Assembly (NCBI GenBank): GCA_964410585.1
Contig: CAYPFW010000001.1
Location: 64,001-128,000, forward strand
DNA from: an uncultured archaeon
GTDB taxonomy: Archaea > Aenigmatarchaeota > Aenigmatarchaeia > QMZP01 > JACQNV01
Direction of reading: 5' to 3'
DNA length: 64,000 nt
Positions 39,922 to 48,501 of the stretch are shown here, in pieces. Each line of letters begins with the position of its first letter. Position 1 is the first letter of the stretch. Under the pieces are notes generated by a model. The model made no database searches. It saw only the letters and a list, made by a program, of their open reading frames with translations, and was not told the origin of the DNA. The translations under genes were made by a program, and so were the position numbers.

Positions 39922-41351
39922 AAAATAAAAAAACAAACTTCTCTGAATGGTTTACTGAAATTTTGCAAGATGGGGAACTGTCAGACATCAGATACAATGT
40001 AAAAGGTTTTATTGTCTATAGGCCTTGGGCTACAATAGCAATCAAAAAAATGTATGCTTTGTATGAAAAAGAATTGGAGAAAAAAGGACATAAACCAGTG
40101 ATCTTCCCTTCTGTTATTCCTGAAGAGAACTTCCATTTAGAGGCTTCGCATGTTGCTGGTTTCACGCCAGAGGTTTTGTGGATCACACATGGAGGCGACT
40201 CTCCACTAGAGGAAAAAATCGCATTGAGACCAACATCAGAAACAGCAATGTACAAAATGTATTCTTTGTGGATTCGTTCTTGGAAAGACCTTCCTTTGAA
40301 ACTTTACCAATCTTGTCAAGTTTGGCGACATGAAACAAAGGCAACTAGACCATTTATCCGAGGCAGGGAATTCCATTGGATAGAAACACATGATGTTTTT
40401 GCAACAAAAGAAGAAGCTGAAAACCAAGTGAAGGAGGACATGGAAACAACAGAATCTGTAATGCACAAAATATTTGGCATCCCTTTCCTGTTTATGAAGC
40501 GCCCAGAGTGGGACAAATTTCCAGGAGCTGTCCATACATTTGCAGCAGACACAATTATGCCAGACGGGAAAATTTTGCAGCAGCCTTCCACACATTTGTT
40601 GGGCCAAAATTTCTCAAAACCATTTGGAATAAAATTCAAAACTCAAAAAGAAGAAGACGAGTTTGGATGGCAAACATGCTACGGTCCTGCGATTTCCAGG
40701 ATTTTTGCATCTGTTGTAGCTTTACATGGGGATGACAAAGGTTTGGTTTTTCCATTTGACATTGCCCCTGTGCAAATAATTGTTGTGCCAATTTCAAGAG
40801 AAGGTGATGAAAAAGTTTTGAAAACAGCCAAAGAACTCGCTTGCAATCTTGCTGAAAAGTATAGAACAGAAATTGACCTTTCAGAAAATACTCCAGGATG
40901 GAAATTCAATCAATGGGAAATGAAAGGTGTTCCAATAAGGATAGAATTGGGGTCAAAAGAAGTAGACGCGGGCACACTAACTCTAGCTTTCAGACATTCT
41001 GGAAAAAAGGTCCAAGTAAAAGAATCAGAAATTTTTGGCGAAATAGAAAAATTTGGAAAAGAAATCACGAAAGAGCTTGTTGAAAAGGCAGACAAATTTT
41101 TCAAGGAAAATTTGAGGGATGCCTATGAAATGGAGGACCTGGAAAAAGAGCTTGCAAAGGGTGGTCTTGTACGAGTGCCTTTTTGTTCAACTCAAAAATC
41201 AGGCCAAAAATGTGGAGAAGCAATTAAGGAAAAGCTCCACGCAGATATCAGAGGAGAGTGGATAGTTGAAAAGGCAAGGCCAGAAGCGAATAAATGTGTG
41301 GTCTGTGGCTCAAAAGCAGCGCATATGGTCTATATAGGAAAAGCATATTAA
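39918..41351 (+). CDS. proS: Prolyl-tRNA synthetase, archaeal/eukaryotic type
   Basis: LRPTSET, RHETKATRPFIRGREF, GVPIRIELG, C-terminal CVVCG..AY. Confidence 0.97.
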   Translation: MKNKKTNFSEWFTEILQDGELSDIRYNVKGFIVYRPWATIAIKKMYALYEKELEKKGHKPVIFPSVIPEENFHLEASHVAGFTPEVLWITHGGDSPLEEKIALRPTSETAMYKMYSLWIRSWKDLPLKLYQSCQVWRHETKATRPFIRGREFHWIETHDVFATKEEAENQVKEDMETTESVMHKIFGIPFLFMKRPEWDKFPGAVHTFAADTIMPDGKILQQPSTHLLGQNFSKPFGIKFKTQKEEDEFGWQTCYGPAISRIFASVVALHGDDKGLVFPFDIAPVQIIVVPISREGDEKVLKTAKELACNLAEKYRTEIDLSENTPGWKFNQWEMKGVPIRIELGSKEVDAGTLTLAFRHSGKKVQVKESEIFGEIEKFGKEITKELVEKADKFFKENLRDAYEMEDLEKELAKGGLVRVPFCSTQKSGQKCGEAIKEKLHADIRGEWIVEKARPEANKCVVCGSKAAHMVYIGKAY

Positions 41352-41411
41352 TAGGAAGCTTATATATTAGCAATTAAACATATTCTATAATGTTTCTAAT
41401 GGAGGTTTTTA

Positions 41412-42014
41412 ATGTATAAGGTTCTAGACGTTGAGGATAAAATCCGTGTTCCTCCTGCTAAGTTTAATTTGGAATTAAAAGAAGCTATACGAGCAGCTCT
41501 TGAGGAAAAGTTAGAAGGAACAGTAAATAAGAGAATGGGAATTGTTTTATCTGTTATCTCAGTTGAAGATGTTGGCGAGGGAAAAATTTTCCCAGAGGAT
41601 GGAGCAATCCACTATCCAGCCAAATTTAAAGTTGTTGTTTACCAGCCAGAAATGCATGAGCTTGTACAAGGTGAAATAATTGAGGTCACTGAGTTTGGTG
41701 CGTTTTTGAGATTTGGACCAGTTGATGGTATGGTTCATGTGAGCCAACTAATGAACGATTTCGTGAGCTTTGACAACAAAAGCAATGTTTTCCTTGGAAG
41801 GGATTCTAAAAGAAAAGTCAAAGAAGGCGACAAGTTCAAGGCAAGGGTCATTTCAGTTTCAATGGAAGGCGACCAATATAAAATTGGTTTGACAGCAAGG
41901 CAGCCTGGTTTAGGAAACTTAGAATGGGCTGGCGAAGACAAGAAGAAAGGCGATGTAAAAGAAAAGAAAGAGGCTCCTAAGAAGGAAGAGAAAAAAGAAG
42001 CCAAGAAAAAGTAG
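41412..42014 (+). CDS. rpoE1: RNA polymerase subunit Rpo7 (E')
   Basis: RVPP, DGA, FGAF..GPVDGMVHVSQ, RQPGLG. Confidence 0.96.
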   Translation: MYKVLDVEDKIRVPPAKFNLELKEAIRAALEEKLEGTVNKRMGIVLSVISVEDVGEGKIFPEDGAIHYPAKFKVVVYQPEMHELVQGEIIEVTEFGAFLRFGPVDGMVHVSQLMNDFVSFDNKSNVFLGRDSKRKVKEGDKFKARVISVSMEGDQYKIGLTARQPGLGNLEWAGEDKKKGDVKEKKEAPKKEEKKEAKKK

Positions 42015-42103
42015 GGTTAATCGTGGAAGCCGTAATTTTTTCGAGCTTGCAGGCGAAGAAAAAATAGGCTCCGTTTTTGATTAACCTTTTGGACTAAAAG
42101 GTT
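42015..42103 (+). mobile_element. Module B element exactly filling the rpoE1-spt4 spacer
   Basis: TAG|GGTTAATC-GTGGAAGCCGTA...TAGGCTCC-GTTTTT-GATTAACCTTTTGGACTAAAAGGTT|ATG. Confidence 0.88.
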
Positions 42104-42289
42104 ATGAAAAGCGAAAAGGTTTGTAAAATTTGCAAAAGGTTTGTACAGGGCGATGAGTGCCCAATTTGCAGAGACAAAGCTTTCTCAAGATCATGGAAAG
42201 GCGTCGTCATAGTCAATGATATAAACTCAGAAATTGGCCAAACAGTTGGAGCCAAATCACCTGGGAAATATTGCATCTGGGTAAGATGA
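42104..42289 (+). CDS. spt4: Transcription elongation factor Spt4 (RpoE'')
   Basis: CKIC..CPIC, WKG, SEIG, PGKY. Confidence 0.93.
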   Translation: MKSEKVCKICKRFVQGDECPICRDKAFSRSWKGVVIVNDINSEIGQTVGAKSPGKYCIWVR

Positions 42290-42453
42290 GCCCCTTTTCT
42301 TAGAAAGAAAAGGCCCTCGGGTTCAAAAGAACTACTTTACAAACATATAAACTATCAAAACATGATATTGTGGAAGGCGTTTAAAATTTTTTCGAACAGC
42401 AGTGAGAAAAAATTTAGCCTCCTGTTTTGGTTAAGCTTTTAGGATAAAAGGTT
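42290..42453 (+). mobile_element. Composite A+B element filling the spt4-rps24e spacer
   Basis: GCCCCTTTTCTTAGAAAGAAAAGGCC..CAAAAGAACTACTTTACAAA, then GGAAGGCGT..TAGCCTCC..AAAAGGTT|ATG. Confidence 0.85.
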
Positions 42454-42774
42454 ATGAATATAGAAATTGTACACACAAAGGAAAACCCTTTGCTAGAAAG
42501 GCAGGAAGTTGAAGTTTTAGTTAAACATGACTCTGCTTCTACTCCTAAGAGAGCAGATCTTCTAGTCGAATTAGCAAGCAAACTAAAAACAGAACAAGAA
42601 CTTCTGATTTTGGAAACAATAAAAACCAACAAAGGTCAGGCTCAAACAATAGGCAGAGTTTTGGTATACCAGAAAAAAGAATCTGTTCCAAAAGACAAGC
42701 TCGAAAAAATGCAAAACAGGATTTCTGGCAAAAAGAAAGAAGCAGCTGCACCTGCACCAAAGAAAAAAGAATAA
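42454..42774 (+). CDS. rps24e: Ribosomal protein eS24
   Basis: ENPLLER.E, TP.R, G...VY. Confidence 0.92.
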   Translation: MNIEIVHTKENPLLERQEVEVLVKHDSASTPKRADLLVELASKLKTEQELLILETIKTNKGQAQTIGRVLVYQKKESVPKDKLEKMQNRISGKKKEAAAPAPKKKE

Positions 42775-42775
42775 A

Positions 42776-42904
42776 ATGACTAATTCTATAGAATGTATCC
42801 AATGCGGAAAGAAAATGATTCACTACCAATGCAAAGATGTCTGCCCATATTGTGGAGCAAAACTAGATTGTTCTGATTTTGATCAGCCAGGACAAACTAA
42901 ATAG
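42776..42904 (+). CDS. CPxCG zinc-finger microprotein (42 aa), not in ORF track
   Basis: MTNSIECIQCGKKMIHYQCKDVCPYCGAKLDCSD... Confidence 0.7.
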   Translation: MTNSIECIQCGKKMIHYQCKDVCPYCGAKLDCSDFDQPGQTK

Positions 42905-43025
42905 ATTTTCCTAAACAATTAGAGCAAACTTTCCCAGAAAAATGTTTCTGACAAACTAAAGACCCACAGAGAGAGCAGGATAAATTTGCCCTCTTTCCAC
43001 AGACCGAACACAGTCCTGATATCAT
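42897..43025 (-). CDS. Cys-rich zinc-finger microprotein (42 aa), not in ORF track
   Basis: MISGLCSVCGKRANLSCSLCGSLVCQKHFSGKVCSNCLGKSI. Confidence 0.7.
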   Translation of the reverse strand: MISGLCSVCGKRANLSCSLCGSLVCQKHFSGKVCSNCLGKSI

Positions 43026-43081
43026 ACATTATTTTTTGTTCTTTTTCTTCCTATATCTTTTGATGTTTCTGTCGCTTGTTC

Positions 43082-43276
43082 TCATAAAACAGTTCCACCT
43101 CTCTTATCGTATTGTTTACCTAAACAGTTTTTGCAAAGTCTCAATGTATGGTGAAAGCAGCTCACGCAAACATTTGCATCGCACACATTGCACGAATTAA
43201 ACTTCTCAGTTACCCTATTGCAAGCTGCGCAAAGTTTTGCTTTTTGTGAGCCAAATAACTCTTTGCCTTGGGCCAT
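43082..43276 (-). CDS. Cys-rich zinc-finger small protein
   Basis: Four CxxC pairs, same pattern as 42897-43025. Confidence 0.72.
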   Translation of the reverse strand: MAQGKELFGSQKAKLCAACNRVTEKFNSCNVCDANVCVSCFHHTLRLCKNCLGKQYDKRGGTVL

Positions 43277-43313
43277 ATTATTATTAATGTTTTGATATTA
43301 ATAACTTAGATAA

Positions 43314-43574
43314 GCTGAGATGGCGGAGTACTTAATTGAGTTTCAGTTTTGTACGTATTGGTAACGCGCACGCCTGGAAAGCTAGCCTTTTCTTTTCAAA
43401 AAGAAAGGTCTACCGTATCCAAAAGAAAACGATTTACAAACATGGAAGGCGTAAAAATTTTCGAGTTGAGACGAAGAAAATTTTAGCCTCCTTTTTGGAT
43501 TAACCCTTTTCTCAAAAAGGGTTATAGAAAGCGTGTGCCCTTGTGGCTCCAGAGTTCGAATCTCTGTCTCAGCG
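43314..43574 (+). tRNA. tRNA-Ser(GGA) with two insertions: about 27 nt in the D-loop and 150 nt at position 37/38
   Basis: GCTGAGA/TCTCAGC acceptor + G73; CACGC-CTGGAA|A-GCGTG anticodon arm split by 43380-43529; long variable arm; CAGAG-TTCGAAT-CTCTG T-arm; D-loop insert about 43328-43354. Confidence 0.9.
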
Positions 43575-43725
43575 TGCTACTCTTTCTTTAGAAAAGAAAG
43601 AGCACCGTCCAGAAAGAAACTACAATACAAACACACATCAAACAAAATTGTAATATACCAAAGAGAAACAATATACAATAAACCAAAGAAGGCTAGAGTA
43701 CCCAAAAAACTAATTTACAAAAACA
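43575..43725 (+). repeat. Module A element followed by two further tandem A-tails
   Basis: CTACTCTTTCTTTAGAAAAGAAAGAGCACCGTCCAGAAAGAAAC; TACCAAAGAGAAACAATATACAA; AAGGCTAGAGTACCCAAAAAACTAATTTACAAAA. Confidence 0.75.
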
Positions 43726-43729
43726 ATCT

Positions 43730-45790
43730 CTATGATTTTCTGCCTTCCCTTTCCTGCTTTTTTATTGACTCTCCGATCCTCTTTCTATCTCCTTCATATC
43801 CAAGATTTCTTAAAGATGAATGCAAGCCCAAGTCGTAAAGAATTCTAGCTATCTGATATCCTGTTAATCTGTCTTCTGGCATCCTAGACAAAACATATTT
43901 GCTATCCCCATTGACTAATCTTAGTTTGCTAATCTGGTCCCTTGTGTAAGTATCAGATGCAGAAAATGGAACATATCCATTTGTGCTTGGTCTTGTTGCC
44001 AGATATCTTCCCAATTCTATTTTTGCTTTCTCAGGATCTGTTGGCAGACCAAGTCCAGATAAAATAGCATCCCTGATTTTGGGGTTTTGACTTCCAAGCG
44101 CAAACTGTGCAAGATCTGTTTTTCTAGCTCTGCCATTATTGATAAGAGGTTTTATTCCGGCCATAGCAGGCAGTGACCTGTAAAGCCTGTTCATACCATT
44201 ATGATCTAAGGTTCCACCCAAATCAACAATCTTCGGTTCTGCCGCTTGTTTTACAGCTTCTTCGTGTGCATAGTGAAGTCCTAAAACATAATCTGAATCA
44301 TATCCAAAATGGCCCAAAACTTTCTCAGCTCTGTTTAAGTCCATCTTTTCAATAACTCTTTGTTCAAGTAGATCCTTTGGTACACCGTTTTCGCCTAATG
44401 TAATGCCAATTGCAGCTAATTCTTTTCTAAGTGCTCCATCATCTTCCACACCAAAAGCTTGTCTGAGTCTGTCATTTCCATATCTGCTTGAATCAACTAC
44501 TTGAGCCTGCGGAACAGCAACTTTGACAGCCGGAGGAGCAGGCGTTTGTACTACAGGTTTTCCGTCCTTGACTTCTGCTGGTTTTTGTTCTACAGCCAAA
44601 ACTTTTGGATCAACTCCTTTTTTCCTAGCAAATTCAATTAGCCATGTATCTGCTTTATCTTGAATATACAACCCTCTGCCAGTTCTAGGTGTTTTAGAGC
44701 CCCTAAATATGGAGTATGCATCATGATATGATAAGTCTGGATCAATTCTTTTCATTCCTTCGTATATATCTGAGAACCTTACTGTCTTAGAATCTGAGTC
44801 AGAAACCGATTTTGCCGGAGTCTTTGGTTTTGCATATTTATCAATCTCTGCTAAAAATTTCCTTCTCTTTGCATCTGATATACCTCTCATTGATGTAACA
44901 TAATTTTTTGCATGTTCTACAGTCAGATTGCCTGCTTTTACTCCTCTTTTACTTAGAACTTGATATATGCATCCATATTCTCTTCCTGTTATTTCAGACA
45001 AAGCTGTAATTGTTATTCTTTGTGGTTCAATTTTTGGTTCTTCCACTATGGCGCTAGCTACAGCGCTTTTTGGTGATCTAGGTGTGTATTGATTAAGTCT
45101 ACCCAATATAGCCTCTCTTTGAGTGGGAGAAACTCTCCTCATGTCATTTAAAACATAATCTCTTGCATCACCTACTGTTATTTCCGACGACTCTATTCCT
45201 TTGTTTTCAAAAACACCTAAAATCGTATTAATGTTCCTTCCTGTAATTTCAGCTAAATCTCTTGCAGTTATTCTCTGTTTAGGATCAGTTTTAGGATGCT
45301 CTTTTGTTGCCACATGTGCTGTGTCTGCTGGTTTTCTTGGTTCTACAGCTCCAACACTTTCTTCATACAAAAAGTCAACCAATCCTTCAGAAGAAGAGAT
45401 TCCTCTGACTCTTTCTGGAGACAAACTAAAAACAACTCTCAAATCTTTTCCCTTAATGACTTTTTCTATTTCCTTCTGTCCAGAAAAACTTGCAGGCTCA
45501 TCTGAATATCTTCCATCAACAACTTTGGCTAACAGTGGTTTTTTCGAGTTGAAATCCAAAATCAGATGAGTTGGTCTGTATTCAATTCCAACAACTTCAC
45601 CTTTTTCATTTCCAAATCTCACAGGATATTCAGATACAGAAATTCTAAGAGGTTCTCCACCAACAACAGATGCCCCACTTGAAAAATTATTTCCAACAGG
45701 TTCTCCTGTAATTATGCTATTGCTCAAGCTATCCATGAATGTCGGCGGTGTGCCTTCGGGCTTCGCTTTTACTTCTACTTTTAGTACCAT
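43730..45790 (-). CDS. Orphan protein with repeated HTH-like modules
   Basis: ITARDLAEITGR.. and ITITALSEITGR.. repeats separated by P/A/K linkers. Confidence 0.75.
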   Translation of the reverse strand: MVLKVEVKAKPEGTPPTFMDSLSNSIITGEPVGNNFSSGASVVGGEPLRISVSEYPVRFGNEKGEVVGIEYRPTHLILDFNSKKPLLAKVVDGRYSDEPASFSGQKEIEKVIKGKDLRVVFSLSPERVRGISSSEGLVDFLYEESVGAVEPRKPADTAHVATKEHPKTDPKQRITARDLAEITGRNINTILGVFENKGIESSEITVGDARDYVLNDMRRVSPTQREAILGRLNQYTPRSPKSAVASAIVEEPKIEPQRITITALSEITGREYGCIYQVLSKRGVKAGNLTVEHAKNYVTSMRGISDAKRRKFLAEIDKYAKPKTPAKSVSDSDSKTVRFSDIYEGMKRIDPDLSYHDAYSIFRGSKTPRTGRGLYIQDKADTWLIEFARKKGVDPKVLAVEQKPAEVKDGKPVVQTPAPPAVKVAVPQAQVVDSSRYGNDRLRQAFGVEDDGALRKELAAIGITLGENGVPKDLLEQRVIEKMDLNRAEKVLGHFGYDSDYVLGLHYAHEEAVKQAAEPKIVDLGGTLDHNGMNRLYRSLPAMAGIKPLINNGRARKTDLAQFALGSQNPKIRDAILSGLGLPTDPEKAKIELGRYLATRPSTNGYVPFSASDTYTRDQISKLRLVNGDSKYVLSRMPEDRLTGYQIARILYDLGLHSSLRNLGYEGDRKRIGESIKKQEREGRKS

Positions 45791-45854
45791 ACAATAGGAA
45801 ATCTATACAAATAGTACAGCCATGGTTTATAAATCTTTCTCCTCCCACTATTGT

Positions 45855-46505
45855 ATGGAAATTAGGATAAAATCCTGCAAACCAGAAGAAGCAGAAGGTT
45901 TGACAGTCCTTATAGATGTGATACATTCCAGTTCAACAATTGTCCAATTGCTTGATTCGGGGATAGAAAAGCTTATACCCCTCGCAGAAAACCAAGATAT
46001 ACAACCCTTCAAAGAACAAGGCTACTTGGTTTTTGGTGAAAGGTTTTCCACAGCTTTCAAAAAATCAGAATACCTAAACTCGCCTCTTGTCGCAGAAACT
46101 TTGGATTTGAAAGGCAAAAAAGCTGTGATAAAAACAGATAATGGGACAAAAGCAGTTTTGGCAGCAAAGAATGCGTCTGAAATTTTGATAGGTTGTTTTC
46201 TAAATGCAAGAGCGCTTTTGGAATATGTAAAATCCAAAAATCCAAAATCAGTTGACCTGATTCCAGTTGGCAGACACAGAAAACAGGCAATAGAGGACGA
46301 GCTTTTTGCAGAATATTTCAAAAACTTTTTGGAAGGAAAAGAAATGGATTTCGATGGTTGCAAAAATAAAATATTCAAAAATTGGAGAAACATAATTCGA
46401 CTAATTTTCTTAGGGCAACACACAAATTCTTGTTTCAAGCTAAACACATGCACCACGGTTCCTTTGTTCAAAGGTGGCGAATTGGTTCCAATAAAAACAA
46501 GATGA
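45855..46505 (+). CDS. comB: 2-phosphosulfolactate phosphatase (ComB family)
   Basis: VLIDVI.SSSTI, GER, NSP, TDNGT, GCFLNA, IEDEL.A. Confidence 0.88.
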   Translation: MEIRIKSCKPEEAEGLTVLIDVIHSSSTIVQLLDSGIEKLIPLAENQDIQPFKEQGYLVFGERFSTAFKKSEYLNSPLVAETLDLKGKKAVIKTDNGTKAVLAAKNASEILIGCFLNARALLEYVKSKNPKSVDLIPVGRHRKQAIEDELFAEYFKNFLEGKEMDFDGCKNKIFKNWRNIIRLIFLGQHTNSCFKLNTCTTVPLFKGGELVPIKTR

Positions 46506-46568
46506 GCCGGCTCAAAAGGTTTATATACTCTAATGCACACTTATTTAGATAATTATGGTTACCCAACC

Positions 46569-46600
46569 GAGAACTGGGATTAGTTTTTATTCTAGTTCTC
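46569..46600 (+). promoter_or_regulatory. Hairpin in the 5' leader of rpl4
   Basis: GAGAACTGGGAT/ATTCTAGTTCTC, 14 nt before the ATG, downstream of TTTATATA at about 46520. Confidence 0.45.
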
Positions 46601-46614
46601 TGTTGTTTATCTTT

Positions 46615-47403
46615 ATGTCAAAGGCTCAAGTTTTAGATCTTAGCGGAAAGCCAAAGGGAGAAACAAACCTAGGCACAGCTTTCAAAACCGCTGTAAGGAA
46701 AGACATAATTCAAAGAGTTTTTGTTTCTGAGCAAGCTGCCAAAAGACAACCATATGGCACAGATCCGCTTGCTGGAGATCGTTCATCTGCACACTACCAT
46801 GGAAGCAGACATGTCAAATGGACAATGATGAACAGGGAAATGGCAAGGATGAAAAGAATCCACAACCAAGGTTATTTGAATTATACAGCAAGGGTTGTCC
46901 CTTATGCAGCAAAAGGAAGGACAGCTCATCCACCAAAAATCGAGAGAGTTTGGACGCAAAAGGTGAATAAGAAAGAAAGAGTTTTGGCTTTGAAATCAGC
47001 GCTTTCAGCTTCTGTTTTGAAAGATTTGGTACTTCTTAGAGGACACAAAGTTGAAAACATCCATGTACCTTTGATTCTTGAAAATAAATTTGAGGAATTA
47101 AAATCAACAAAAACAGTTGTTGAGGCTTTGATTGCTATTGGTTTAGGACACGAGCTTGACAGAACATCTGAAGTTAAAATAAGGGCAGGGAGAGGAAAAA
47201 TGAGAGGAAGGAGATACAAAGTAAAAAAAGGCCCGCTTTTAGTTGTCACAAAGCCTGCCTTGAAACAAGCTGCAAAAAACATTTTAGGCGTTGATGTTGC
47301 AACAACAAAAGAACTCACAATGACTTTGCTTGCTCCAGGTGGACAAGCTGGAAGATTAACAATATTTTCAGAAGCTGCGATAGAAGAGTTGAACAAGTTG
47401 TGA
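46615..47403 (+). CDS. rpl4: Ribosomal protein uL4
   Basis: RQPYG.DP.AG, GR.AHPPK, RAGRGKMRGRRY, LAPGG.AGRLT; start reassigned to ATG 46615. Confidence 0.96.
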   Translation: MSKAQVLDLSGKPKGETNLGTAFKTAVRKDIIQRVFVSEQAAKRQPYGTDPLAGDRSSAHYHGSRHVKWTMMNREMARMKRIHNQGYLNYTARVVPYAAKGRTAHPPKIERVWTQKVNKKERVLALKSALSASVLKDLVLLRGHKVENIHVPLILENKFEELKSTKTVVEALIAIGLGHELDRTSEVKIRAGRGKMRGRRYKVKKGPLLVVTKPALKQAAKNILGVDVATTKELTMTLLAPGGQAGRLTIFSEAAIEELNKL

Positions 47404-47416
47404 TTGGAGGATAAAT

Positions 47417-47788
47417 ATGGTTGAAAAAAAACCTAAAAAAGAAACAAAAAAACCAAAGGCTGAAAAACCAGCAAAAAAAGAAAAGCCTAAATTAGAAAAG
47501 AAAACCAATAAACAGAAGGCCCAGAATTTTGATCCTTTCAAAGTTTTATTGTATCCTCATCTTGCAGAAAAATCAGCAGCTCTTGTTGACACACAAAACA
47601 AAATTGTGTTTGTCGTAAATCCAAATTCAACAAAAGAAGATGTCAAGAAAGCAGTTGAATCAGCATTCGGCGTAAAAGTCGTCGATGTAAACATAGAAAA
47701 CACAACATACGGCGAGAAAAAAGCATACATCAGACTTCATTCATCAACACCAGCAACAGAAGTTGCAACAAAATTAGGTACATTGTAG
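47417..47788 (+). CDS. rpl23: Ribosomal protein uL23 with Lys-rich N-terminal extension
   Basis: P.LAEKS, N.IVFVV, KKAYIRL. Confidence 0.95.
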   Translation: MVEKKPKKETKKPKAEKPAKKEKPKLEKKTNKQKAQNFDPFKVLLYPHLAEKSAALVDTQNKIVFVVNPNSTKEDVKKAVESAFGVKVVDVNIENTTYGEKKAYIRLHSSTPATEVATKLGTL

Positions 47789-47806
47789 AAACCATGAGTT
47801 TAGGTT

Positions 47807-48475
47807 ATGGGTAAGAATTTGATCCAACAAAGAAGGGGAAGAGGTTCATTCACATACTTAGTCCCAAGAAGCGGGAAAAGATACAACCCTCTATATAGCG
47901 GTAAGAAAGGAGTTGTTAAAGATATTTTACATGATAGAGGAAGAGATGCTCCAATAATTGAAATCCAAAACGAGGATGGAACTGTAAATTATATGATAGC
48001 TCCAAAGGGAATAAAAGTAGGCGATATTGCTGAAAATTTAGGCGTTCCGCTTTCATCTGTCCAAGAAGGATCACAGATTTTCGGTTTGGAAACCTATCCA
48101 AATTCAGGCCCAAAGCTTTGCATGTCTCCAGGATCATTTGCAACAGTTGTCTCAAAAACAGCAAACGCATGTTTAGTGAAAATGCCTTCAAGAAAAGAAA
48201 AAACATTTAGTTTATCTTGTAGGGCTAGTTTAGGTGTCCCTGCAGGCGATGGTAGAAAAGACCAGCCATTTACAAAAGCAGGTGTCAAACATTATTTCAT
48301 GAGAGCAAGAGGAAAACTATATCCTCGTACATCTCCAGTGAAGATGAATGCTATAGACCATCCTTTTGGTGGTGCAACATCTGTTGGTACACCAATGACA
48401 ATCAGCAGGCATGCTCCTCCTGGTGCAAAAGTTGGATCTGTTGCAGCTAGAAGGACGGGTAGGAAGAATAAGTAA
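47807..48475 (+). CDS. rpl2: Ribosomal protein uL2
   Basis: QRRGRG, MNAIDHPFGG, APPGAKVGSVAARRTG. Confidence 0.96.
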   Translation: MGKNLIQQRRGRGSFTYLVPRSGKRYNPLYSGKKGVVKDILHDRGRDAPIIEIQNEDGTVNYMIAPKGIKVGDIAENLGVPLSSVQEGSQIFGLETYPNSGPKLCMSPGSFATVVSKTANACLVKMPSRKEKTFSLSCRASLGVPAGDGRKDQPFTKAGVKHYFMRARGKLYPRTSPVKMNAIDHPFGGATSVGTPMTISRHAPPGAKVGSVAARRTGRKNK

Positions 48476-48501
48476 ATAAAGGAGAAAGTTAAGATATCGC
48501 T

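Noticed and set aside
42776-42904. rps27ae by position
   Set aside because: The sequence lacks the CPRCG..FMA.H..R..CGKC pattern.
43533-43838. 101-aa ORF in the track
   Set aside because: It overlaps the tRNA 3' exon, the repeat tails and the opposite-strand gene.
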